From positions 38,140,263-38,204,262 of the forward strand of contig NC_068981.1 of the NCBI RefSeq assembly GCF_001194135.2: 64,000 nucleotides of DNA, read 5' to 3'. The position numbers and the translations under genes were made by a program. The notes beneath the pieces are model-generated. The model worked only from the letters and a program-made list of their open reading frames with translations, was not told the origin of the DNA and did no database searches. Shown here in pieces: positions 1-10,014 of this stretch (its first letter is position 1; each line of letters begins with the position of its first letter). The stretch comes from Octopus bimaculoides (Eukaryota).

Positions 1-66
1 CTTGTTTTGGCCAGTGTATCATACAATAAATTATTCATACATACATTTTTCTCCATTTCCTTTCTT

Positions 67-1323
67 TCAGGTCATCAAGTATGAAATTTATAGAAAAGAA
101 AAAAGTTTACTAATGTTTTATAAATACAAGGAAAAGTTTTTTTCATCAAAGTATGCACCCATATTGTCAATACACTTCTGCCACTTCAGCGGTAGCTGGT
201 CCAACCCAGAACTGTAAAAGCCTGGCAACCTAGAGTCAATAAAATCTTGGAAGGCCTGTTTTACAGCATTGTCGGAATTAAATTTTTTTTCCTATCAAAA
301 AGTAATCGAAATTCTTGAAGAAGTGGTAGTCAGTGGGGGTAAGACCAGGTGAGTATAGTGGATGATGGAGAACTTCCAAATCCAACTCCTGTAGTTTCAC
401 CAATGTCATTTTTGCAATGTGTGATCAGGTGTTGTCTTGCAATAAAATAGGAATGGATCTGTTGACTAATCTAGGCTATTTTCTTGTAAGCTTCTGCATC
501 ATTTGGTCCAATTGGCAGTAGTATACTTCTGCTACAATTGATGAGCCAGGTTTAATGAAATCATAATGGATCACACCTGTGCCAGACCACCAAACACACA
601 CCATCGGCTTCTTTCAATGAATTTTGCTTTTTGGACTGTATTTTGGTGGCTAATCTTTGTCCAGCCATTGTACTGAACGCTTACAGTTGTTGTATTGGAT
701 CCATTTCTCATCATATGTTGCAATTCCATTAAAAAATGATCCATTTTTGTAACATAATGCTCTTTCTGATTTCCTTTGAGTTCATGTGGAACCCAATTAT
801 CCAACTTTTTCACTTTACTGATTTGAATTAGGTGAGTCAATATTATTTGCCTGCTAACACAAAACAACAACAATAATTCATAGGCACTTTGAGATGGATC
901 TGACCCAACGGTGGCTTTCAGTTCGTCATTATCCATCTTTCTTTCTGGTCGACTTGCGTTGCTCATTTGTGAGGTCAAAGTTACCAGAACGAAATTTTGC
1001 AAACCAATTTGATACTGTCTGTTGTGTAATAACATTAGAATGAAATACTCCATTAATATTCTGAGCTGTCTGTGATACTGTATTTCCTAGAAAGAACTCA
1101 TATTTCAAAACTGTACGAATTTCTGACTTATCCATCTCTAAACAAAAATAGCAAAATCGATTTATAGATACTTTATAAAGCACAAAATGAATTAGAATAA
1201 AGAAATAGATGCGTCAGCTTTCTAACAAAAAATAAAGATTGTCAAAATATAATAATGGCACAAAATTAGCAGCTGGCAAAATTTACCTATGCCTTACTAC
1301 AAATTTCATACTTGACAAACTAA
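67..1323 (-). mobile_element. Near full-length mariner (Tc1/mariner, D,D34D) DNA transposon, inactive
   Basis: Imperfect 23-bp TIRs: TCAGGTCATCAAGTATGAAATTT (67-89) vs reverse complement of 1301-1323 TTAGTTTGTCAAGTATGAAATTT (19/23). The 1257-bp length is typical of mariner, and the TIRs enclose a transposase pseudogene. Confidence 0.92.
142..1135 (-). pseudogene. Mariner transposase pseudogene
   Basis: Manual translation across frames: N-terminal HTH MDKSEIRTVLKYEF...WFAKFRSGNFDL (ATG at 1135), WVPHEL (778-795), TYDEKW (701-718), CVWWSGTGVIHYDF, LQDN*, HPLYSPGLTPTDYHFF (317-364), ending WQKCIDNMGAYFDE. Exactly 34 residues lie between the second and third Asp. Several frameshifts and in-frame stops. 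Confidence 0.95.
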
Positions 1324-1337
1324 TGTATATATATGTA

Positions 1338-1495
1338 TATCATCACCATCATCATCATCGTTATCATCAACGTCAGCATCATTTTACTTCCCATTTTCCC
1401 ATGATTACACTGGGTGAACGAAATTTATTGAGGCAGGTTTTATACAAGACGACCTTCCTGTCACCAGCCCTCAGCTATTTTTAAGTACATATGCG
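1338..1495 (-). mobile_element. (GAT)n-tailed RTE-type 3' end fragment (variant subfamily)
   Basis: (CAT)n run followed by a degenerate 'ttttat..agacgaccttcctgtcacca' block, similar to 23880-24060 and 31560-31730. Confidence 0.5.
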
Positions 1496-1650
1496 TGTAT
1501 NNNNNNNNNNNNNNNNNNNNNNNNNNNNNNNNNNNNNNNNNNNNNNNNNNNNNNNNNNNNNNNNNNNNNNNNNNNNNNNNNNNNNNNNNNNNNNNNNNNN
1601 NNNNNNNNNNNNNNNNNNNNNNNNNNNNNNNNNNNNNNNNNNNNNNNNNN

Positions 1651-1835
1651 ACGTGTCACTCGCACGAAGGCCAGTCAGGCGGTACTGGCAACGGCCACGC
1701 TCATCTCGCTCAAAAAACCTCATGTGTCACCCGCACATGAGCCAGTCCAGGGGCACCGGCAACGATCTCGCTTGAAAGAATTCATGTGTCGCCCGCACAT
1801 GAGCCAGTCCAGGGGCACTGGCAACGATCTCGCTC
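1651..1835. repeat. ~62-70 bp tandem repeat (3 units visible), related to the RTE 3' UTR
   Basis: Units 'catgtgtc(a/g)cccgcacatgagccagtccaggggcac(c/t)ggcaacgatctcgct' start at 1721 and 1783 (period 62), with a diverged unit at 1651. Abuts an N-gap. Confidence 0.85.
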
Positions 1836-2395
1836 ATATATATATATATATATATATATACAAATATAAATGTACTTGGAAATTATGTATATGGTTTGCT
1901 TCTTTTATAACACATCACTCAGAAGAAATCAAATGTAGCAGTATTATATATGGAGATTTATTCAGGACTGGAATTAATAAACAGAATAACAATTTATGAT
2001 GAACACAAAATAAGATGCTCCTTCTATTTTTCATACAAAACATAATTAGTTATTCTGTTCTGCAATTTATAGTTGTATGTTTTAGAACCACAATGTTTCA
2101 TATGTCTTTGACTATAGCAATTGCTAACTGGTACACACTACAGTGTAGCACAGCTTTCTACAAATTGACTGGAAGAGATCTATTATATAAAAGAGGTTTA
2201 ATGGATTAATATTGTTGTTAATCAATACAATACTTATGAAGTAACTGTTCTTACATTTATAGGTTGATTTAATGTGCAGAACAGTGAAACCTATCCTTTA
2301 CACTTCCAAAGACCCCTTTTATTTAAATGAATTTTTGCATGGATTCCAAGTTTTTGAAGGTCAACTTAATAAGTTGATTTTATTGACTAACACAG

Positions 2396-2786
2396 ACACA
2401 GGCATGGCTGTGTGATAAAGAAGCTTGCTTTGCAGCTATGTGGTTTCTGCTTCAGTCTCTCTGCATGGCATCTTGAGCATTTGTCTTCTACTAGAGCTCT
2501 GGGCCAATTAATGTCTTGTGAATGAATTTAGTGAATAGAAACTAAGTGGAAGTCTATCATGCATATGTGTGTATGTGTTTGTGCTTATTTTTGTCCCTCA
2601 CATTTGACAATCAATGTTTGTTTGGTTATGTCCCTGTAACCTATTGGTTTAACAATAGAAACTAATAGAGTAAGCACAAAGCTTAACAAGTAAGTACTGG
2701 AGGAGAATTTTTTTTGGCTAAACCTTTCAAAGCTGTTCCTCATCATGGCCTCAGTTCAATGACTAAAACGAGTAACAGATAAATGA
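2396..2786 (+). mobile_element. tRNA-headed CORE-like SINE (family 1), degenerate full-length copy
   Basis: Colinear with the 6950-7416 copy from the head 'ggcatggctgtgtg' to the tail 'catggcctcagttcaatgactaaaac'. Confidence 0.8.
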
Positions 2787-2811
2787 TAGCAATAAACTTG
2801 TTTACCTAGTT

Positions 2812-3345
2812 TCATCATTATCATTTCACATCCGTGTTCCATGCTAGCATGGGTGGGATGGTACTACAAGAGCAAGGCTTATGTGAATGTTTTGGCAGGA
2901 TTTTTACAGTTGGATGCCCTTCCTAACACCAACCACTCAGCAGTGTGGACTTAGTGTTTTTTTTTTATGTGGCACAAGCACAGGCAAGATGAGTAGTGCT
3001 TTTTATGTGACACAAGCACAAGTGAGATCAGTTTTGGCAAGGTTTTTTACAGCTGGATGCCCTTCCAGATACCAACCACTTTACAATGTGGACTGGGTAC
3101 TTTTTAGTGTCACCCGCACTAACAGGGTCACCAAGTACTTGCAAGACAAAAACTTTTCAGAAGGGAGGAGCCATTGCAGGAGGTGATGAGGAAAAGGTTA
3201 TAATGAGACAGATACAGGTGTCTTGCTGTAGAGTAAATACAAGGTTACCCAGTCAGAGAGAGCAAGATTAGAAATGAAGACAGAAACAGGTGTGCTGCCA
3301 CAAAGAAAATACACTGTTGTCCAACCTAAGGGAGGTGTAAGAGAA
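2812..3345 (-). mobile_element. RTE-type 3' end with internally duplicated 'ggatgcccttcc..ccaaccact' block
   Basis: (CAT)n, then 'tccatgctagcatggg', then two successive 'tttttacag(t/c)tggatgcccttcc' blocks (~2900 and ~3045). Colinear with 14372-14960. Confidence 0.8.
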
Positions 3346-3355
3346 GAAGAAGAAA

Positions 3356-3360
<5 letters not shown>

Positions 3361-3399
<39 letters not shown>
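3361..3399. repeat. (GA)n microsatellite
   Basis: Direct reading. Confidence 0.98.
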
Positions 3400-3403
<4 letters not shown>

Positions 3404-3549
3404 AGACTGTAGGATGGAGATGGTGGCAAAATGCTGAGCATGCTAACTAGGAACAGGGATCAGAGTATAAATGAGATGGTTGAGTAAAGGAAGAGAGAGA
3501 GATATAGATAGTGGCATGTGCCAGGGCATACTCTTGAGGTTCAAATGCC

Positions 3550-4042
3550 CTAATGTAAGTGACAAAATTTTGCAAAGGGAGTGCGAGTAAGTGGCAAAAG
3601 ACCTGGGTATGTATAGAGTTGGAGGAGTTACTGGAAAGCAATGATACAGAAGAACTGAGGTGTGAGTACAGGATTGGGGAGTGAGAGCTAGGCATAGTGA
3701 ATGAAGGAAGAAATGCGAGAAAAAGAAGAGATGTAGATTGGTTTGTTGGGGTAGAGTGAGGGAAAAGTTTTCTTGTTACATGAGGGTGGAACACCCAGGT
3801 TGGGGGTTAGCAGATAGCAATAATAGAGTGAGACAAGGCATGTGGGTAGAACATATAGGTTGAGAGCAAGCAGAGAGTAATGATGCAGTGGCAGCGGGCC
3901 AAGAGCGCAGGATTGGGGAGTGGGTGGTAATTATAGTACATGAAGCAAAACTGTGAGGAAGAGAAGGGATGTAGAGACATAGTTTGGTTCATTGTGGTAA
4001 AGTGTGTGAGAAGTTTTCTTATTAAGTGTGGGTGGAACATGC
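3550..4042. repeat. Diverged ~246-bp tandem duplication
   Basis: Shared anchors 'aggattggggagtg' (~3669, ~3908), 'gatgtaga', and 'aagttttctt..ta..tg.gggtggaaca' (~3765-3793, ~4011-4039). ORFs 3447-3794 and 3807-4040 both start MFHPH..RKL..H.T..NQ. Confidence 0.75.
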
Positions 4043-4044
4043 GG

Positions 4045-4790
4045 CACTTCTAGAACTCAATTTCACTGATGTGGGTGAGTCTTCTCAAGAACTTCATATT
4101 GCCACACATCTTGGTCTATGTTCATTTCCTCCATAGTCCAACTTTCTGAGATCAGTCCTTACCACTTCATCTCATGTCTTCCTAGGTCTCTCACCCACAG
4201 GTACCATCCACTTTCAATGATTGGCACTTCTTTATGCAGCTGTGCTCATTCATACACATCACAAGTACAAACCAACGTAGTCCTCTCTATTGCCTGCTAC
4301 ATTTGATTCCTCTTATGCCCAACTTTTCTCTCAATACATTTGCACTTTGTTGTACATGTGCACTGATGTTGCACATCCAACAGAGCATACTACCTTCGTT
4401 TCTCTCCCATCTATGCATATCTTCGGCATTCAGAGCCCATGTTTCACTACCATGGAGTATACACAAGCATCATACAGTCTACCTTTCATTCTGAGAAAGA
4501 GGCCTTTTGTTATCAACAGAGGTAATAGCTCTCTGAACTTCCTCCACCCAATTCTTATTCTAGAAACAATACTTTCAGAGCATCCTCCACCATTGTTGAT
4601 TTGGTCACCTAGGTAACAGAAACTATCTACAACCTCAAGAGAGCCTCCAAGGCATTTAAGAGAATCTAATTCCTGCATGCTTTTAGTGCTTATTGTTCCT
4701 GCACATCTGCCACATACAAAGACTACTTTATCTGTTAATCTACCTGTGATACTACTATGTGTCCATAGTTTACACTGGGTGCAATAGAAA
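4045..4790 (-). mobile_element. RTE-clade LINE reverse transcriptase C-terminal fragment (decayed)
   Basis: YCTQCKLWTH...FVCGRCAG...LEVVDSFCYLGDQINNGGGCSESIVSRIRIGWRKFRELLPLL...KGRLYDACV. After a frameshift it continues through RTE-like C-terminal motifs to RGRPRKT*DEVVRTDL. Only the last ~120 aa of ORF 4430-5227 belong to this element. Confidence 0.92.
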
Positions 4791-4988
4791 GAGAGAGAAT
4801 GGAAGATAGCAGGAGAAAGTTGGTGGTGAAGTACCAGGGCATGTTCACTAGGGACAAGGATCAGGATATCAATAAGATAGTAGGGAAGAGCCCCACCTAT
4901 TAGTTTGGTAATGAAGAGTAGAGTAAACCTGACTGAGCAAAGACCATTTTGAGAAGGCTCTAAATGATTGCATTTGTTGTTCAAATAT

Positions 4989-5396
4989 AGGCACAGGAGT
5001 GGCCTATGTGGTAATAAGTTTGCTTCCAAACCGTATGGTCTCAGGTTCAATCCCACTGCATGGCACCTCGGGCAAGTGTCTTCTACTATAATCTCAAGCC
5101 AATCAAAGCCTTGTGAGTGGATTTGGTAGATGAAAACTGAAAGAAGCCCATCGTAAAAATATATATATGTATGTATGTATGTATGTATTTGTGGGTCTGT
5201 GTTTGTTGCCCCACCATCACTCGTCAACTGATGTTGGTGTGTTTATGTCCCCTTAACTTAGCAGTTCAGCAAAAGAGACTGATACAATAAGTATTAAGCT
5301 TACAAACAGTAAGTCCTGGGGTCGATTTGTTTGACTAAAGGTGGTGCTCCAGCATGGCTGCAGTCAAATGACTGAAACTAGTAAAAGAACAAAAGA
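4989..5396 (+). mobile_element. tRNA-headed CORE-like SINE (family 1), full-length
   Basis: A-box-like 'tggcctatgtggt', B-box 'ggttcaatccc', CORE-like 'ggcacctcgggcaagtgtctt', internal (TATG)n, tail 'ggtgctccagcatggctgcagtcaaatgactgaaac'. Confidence 0.92.
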
Positions 5397-5639
5397 TGTT
5401 CCATGTAAATTTTCTAGATAGAATAGAAATAAAGACCTTGCTTCATCTTTATGCATTGAACGTTTCATTCTTTTACATTTGATGCTAATTAGGTGACTCA
5501 CTAGATTATTTATTAATCATGTTGGTAATAAAATATACTATATCATTAATGTTTACACTACCTGACAGAGATGAAGAAGAGTAACTCATTTCTTCTTCTT
5601 GTTGGTACTATAGACAAAGAAGTTTTTTTATATATGCTT

Positions 5640-5790
5640 TGGAGGTAGGAAGCAGCCGCCATGACCTTTCCACAATATCCAAGACTGGCAAGATAAAGTT
5701 ATTCTCAGATGAAAGAATGCTTGCAGCATGGTGGAATCTGCTAAAGACAGCCATGTATCAAATGGTGGTGTTAAAATAGGTGATAATTAA
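5640..5790 (+). mobile_element. Possible highly decayed RTE LINE C-terminus
   Basis: GGRKQP...IQDWQD...MVESAKDS loosely matches the RTE 'RGRP...W...AxDR' ending. Weak. Confidence 0.28.
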
Positions 5791-5837
5791 GATTACTACC
5801 TAAGAACAGAAACAATGCCTCTAGTGTGCTTCCACAG

Positions 5838-6010
5838 AGTTTCTGTCAACCCATTTTCACTCATGATTTTAGTTAGCCCTACTAAACATCTTATCTATGA
5901 TGTTTAAAATCTTACCAGTAGAAGATAGTTGCCTACAGTTCCATGCAGTGAATTTGAACCCCAAGCTACATAGACGTAAAGCAAAGTTGTTAACTACACA
6001 GCCATACCTC
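5838..6010 (-). mobile_element. SINE family 1, degenerate 5' half
   Basis: Reverse-complement match to the head and CORE region ('agaagatagttgcc..gttccatgcagtgaatttgaaccc...actacacagccatacc'). Confidence 0.7.
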
Positions 6011-6716
6011 CATGCTGGATCAAAAAGCTACAAGATACATTGATTGCTTCTGTTTTTTGAATTCAGTATTAAAGCCAGTAACATAATAGGACAAATGGCT
6101 GAATACATACTAAAACCTATTAATGTACTGTTCAAAGTATTTTAGTTGATTACAACTATATCATAGTACTGGCAAGGATATAACTATATAACTCTCAAAC
6201 AATACCCATGCTTAACTATTATTCTATTAAACTAAAAGGATGCAAAGCTTTTTAAATTAGTATACTTTAAAATTAAAATTTAAGAGCATTCCAAATTTAA
6301 GTTGTAAAATTACATATGCTGATATATATCAATATGCATTTTGTGTTTGTGTAAAAATTACTTATTTATTCTGAAATATTTTGGACATATTTTCAAATTA
6401 ATTTATCTCTGAAAGCTAAAGTATCTTCATTGCATTAAATTTTCAATTACTCTTGGACGTGCCTTCAAATTACACTAACTATTAAACCTCTATTCTAAAG
6501 GCAAAGGACTTTGACTAGCAACAAACTTCTTCATGTTAATTGTCTTCAGCTTTCACACCTATTTATAAAATTTCCTTATCAACTAGACTCAAAGAAAAAA
6601 AAAAATAACAAACATGAATATTTTATATAAAACTACTCAAAAAGAATTATATTTAAAGAAACCTTCTTGCAACCATGGTCTTCAATACATTTAAATTCAG
6701 TGTTACTAAAAGAACG

Positions 6717-6835
6717 TTAATCATTTAGCATTTAAACCAGGCTCAAATATTCCATCTACTTTATGTTGAAACTGGTCGAATCTGGCCTTTCACACCTACC
6801 TTTCAATGTCATTCTCATAAGAACAATGTCATCAA
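6717..6835 (-). mobile_element. piggyBac-type MITE end (TTAA + TIR)
   Basis: TTAA (6717-6720) then 'tcatttagcatttaaacc'. The next ~110 bp match the reverse complement of 50440-50574 and 12420-12516. Confidence 0.7.
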
Positions 6836-6949
6836 ATAATAATATCATCAAAATAAATTTAATATATAAGCATTACATTTAACAGAGTAATCTAAATGCT
6901 AAGGAGTTAAAATATGTAGCAGTGAGGAAACAGTAAAGTAGTAAACATT

Positions 6950-7416
6950 GGCGTAGGAGTGGCTGTGTGGTAAGTAGCTTGCTTACCAACCACATGGTTC
7001 TGGGTTCAGTCCCACTGCGTGGCACCTTGGGCAAGTGTCTTCTACTATAGCCTAGGGCCGACCAAAGCCTTGTGAGTGGATTTGGTAGATGGAAACTGAA
7101 AGAAGCCCGTCGTATATGTGTATATATATATGTATGTGTATGTGTGTGTGTGCATGTTTGTGTGTCTGTGTTTGTCCTCACAACATCACTTGACAACCAA
7201 TGCTGGTGTGTTTACGTCCCCATAATTTAGCAGTTCGGCAAAAGAGACAGATAGAATAAGTACTAGGCTTACAAGGATTAAGTTCTGGGGTGGATTTGCT
7301 CGACTAAAGGCGGTGCTCNNNNNNNNNNGGGGTGGATTTGCTCGACTAAAGGCGGTGCTCCAGCATGGCCACAGTCAAATGACTGAAACAAGTAAAAGAG
7401 TAAAGAGTAAAAGAGT
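6950..7416 (+). mobile_element. tRNA-headed CORE-like SINE (family 1), well-preserved full-length copy
   Basis: A box 'tggctgtgtggt' (6960-6971), B box 'ggttcagtccc' (7003-7013), CORE-like 'ggcaccttgggcaagtgtcttc', internal (TA/TG)n, tail ending in (AGTAAAAG)n. Resembles the octopus OR-type SINEs as I recall them (unverified). Confidence 0.95.
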
Positions 7417-8285
7417 ATTGCATTAATATGACTCTGCATTTCATAAAATGATGTCAATGGAAAACTTTTCTCAAATTTCCAATGTCTCAATAAATCAATG
7501 CTTTCAGTGGTAATATTTTTAAATAATTACTTTTTCTATATCTTCAGATTAGAAAATTAATACCCAAATAAAAGTTATTTCAAGAGTGCAAAAGTTATTG
7601 TTAATTAAATTGATAATCACCTGGGTGAGAAACTTGTAAGAAATGCATATTTTAGTAAGGGAATGATGCTGGCAGAAAATTGGAGTTTGGTGACTGAATT
7701 TAACTGAGGATTCAAATCAGCTATTAAAATGTAATTAAAACAATATAGTTTTTAAAATATTGCAATTTTTGTTTTTGTTTTTTAATGGCAAATTAATTCA
7801 AGTATATAATTTTCCCCCAATTAGAGAATTTGAATATTTTTTTCAAGTTTCCAACTATATACAGCAATTTTATATTCATTGTGGTGCAGTGTTGTCTTCA
7901 TTTAAAAGGAAATTTTGTCAACAGAGATTTTGCATCTGTGATAAAATCACTGTCTCAAAGACATAATATTATTATATATTTGAAGACCAATCTGAATATG
8001 TTTACAAGATTCTTTTTTCGTTGAAAATTAAGTCCACGTTTATTTGTTTTAGATTACAAAAACTTCCTTCTGAATTATGTCAATGGCAATATAAGAAGAT
8101 ATTTCTTTTGTTAGTATCTTTTTTAAGCAGAGATGATAATTATATTTGTTTACAATTAATTAAGTAGAGCACTCTTCACTTCTCATAGTCAGTATGCAAG
8201 AAAATACAGATGATACATGTAAAAGAGCATATACAGAGAAATGTTTCAGACATTCAATGTATGTATATATGTGCATATATGCATA

Positions 8286-8531
8286 TTCTTTTATTCCTTT
8301 ATTTGTTTCAGTCATTTGACTGTGGCCATGCTGGAGCACCGCCTTTAGTCACACATGCACACATAAATGCATACATATATATATGTGACAGGCTCCTTTC
8401 AGTTTCTGCCTACCAAATCCACTCACAGAGCTTTGGTTGGCCCAAGGTTATAGTAAAATATACTTACTCAAGGTTCCACGCAGTGGGACTGAACCCTGAA
8501 CCATGTGGTTGGGAAGCATTCTTATCTCACA

Positions 8532-8538
<7 letters not shown>
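8286..8538 (-). mobile_element. SINE family 1 with internal deletion
   Basis: The tail 'gtttcagtcatttgactgtggccatgctggagcaccgcctttagtc' joins directly to the microsatellite and head. The ~130-bp 'cccc(a)taacttagc...aagtacta' segment is missing. Confidence 0.9.
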
Positions 8539-8565
<27 letters not shown>

Positions 8566-8891
8566 NNNNNNNNNNNNNNNNNNNNNNNNNNNNNNNNNNN
8601 NNNNNNNNNNNNNNNNNNNNNNNNNNNNNNNNNNNNNNNNNNNNNNNNNNNNNNNNNNNNNNNNNNNNNNNNNNNNNNNNNNNNNNNNNNNNNNNNNNNN
8701 NNNNNNNNNNNNNNNNNNNNNNNNNNNNNNNNNNNNNNNNNNNNNNNNNNNNNNNNNNNNNNNNNNNNNNNNNNNNNNNNNNNNNNNNNNNNNNNNNNNN
8801 NNNNNNNNNNNNNNNNNNNNNNNNNNNNNNNNNNNNNNNNNNNNNNNNNNNNNNNNNNNNNNNNNNNNNNNNNNNNNNNNNNNNNNNNNNN

Positions 8892-8922
<31 letters not shown>

Positions 8923-9904
8923 TAAAAAAAAAAATGTATTCTGAGAGTGTCAAACACCATTAGATCCCTAGACGTAAACTGGTCTATGCACTCTCAATAG
9001 CAGTGAATATTATCACTGGAATAATACTATGTTGCCATAAATGTTCTATTTTGGCAGGGTCAGAGATATTTTTCTTTACTCCTTTCATATAAATAACATA
9101 CAGAAAAACCAATGTATTAATGCTATCCTATGATAATAATGTTCTGACAATACCACTTCTTTCTCAAAATCTTTGTACTGGCATTCATCTCAAATAATTC
9201 CTACTTTACACTGTTTCTGATACTCTTTCCTAACTGACAACCACTTTAACATTCTGTCTCTTTCTTCAGATACATTTAAAATGCTTCTCGTCTTTTATTC
9301 TCTCAGCTTCTTGTTAAATTGGTCTTTTCTTAAGCCTGCATTTAACACTGCTACTAATGGGTACATCTCAGTGGCTGACTTGAAATGTCCCCAGGGTAGC
9401 AAATTGATAGAATCCAATGTATTATGGACACAGGTCTCCTGAAAACTATACATTATAAAGCTATTTACTTAAAGAATCTGCCACAGACAATTAGGTATTA
9501 TCAATAAGAACAGTATTACAATTGGTCACATACTTAATGAAAATTATTGTAAAATTTTTCAATGAAGGCTGAGTTTAGCTGTAGACTATCTATTGGCTAT
9601 ATTCAACAAAGTGAAGGAAAACTGAAAGTATACAAGAGGGGGCGAAAACTATTTAAGGGATGTATTGATAGTTCCAAAATGGTTATGAATAAAATGGAGT
9701 TTGAAGTAGAAAAAGATGTAAGTTATTGGATGATAGCAAAGTGGCAAAGAAGAGTAAATACACTTTACATTCAAGACATTGCAGAAATTGCTTTATGCAA
9801 ATTATTGCCTTCTATTTACTCATTATATTCAAATATGAATGAGAAGCAGCCTGGGGAATATAAGCAATATCGAACACACATACATAAAGTATGTGTTTTT
9901 CCAG

Positions 9905-10014
9905 TTTGTGGTCAGACAGCGATTATAGGCATAAGAGAATATATTTTCATTAATTCGCCTGTGAATTAATGAGAATATATTCTCTTATGACTATAAGCAC
10001 AGTCTGCCTACGAA
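9905..10014. repeat. Long inverted repeat / foldback (44-bp core arms, 6-nt loop)
   Basis: 9913-9956 vs reverse complement of 9963-10006 match at 39/44; pairing extends to 9905/10014. Confidence 0.95.

Noticed and set aside
1651-1835. CRISPR-like regular repeats
   Set aside because: The units are contiguous tandem copies with no unique spacers, there are no cas genes, and the context is eukaryotic.
4790-5227. N-terminal part of the 265-aa ORF 4430-5227 as a real protein
   Set aside because: It is an antisense SINE read-through plus unrelated sequence; only the part below ~4790 is RT.
6950-7020. tRNA genes at SINE heads (also 4989, 19079, 20490-20562, 63090-63173)
   Set aside because: A and B boxes are present but no acceptor stem or cloverleaf, and each head continues into a SINE body.
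9562-9969. 135-aa ORF as a gene
   Set aside because: No recognisable motif and no convincing splice signals; it ends inside the foldback and is plausible as a chance ORF.
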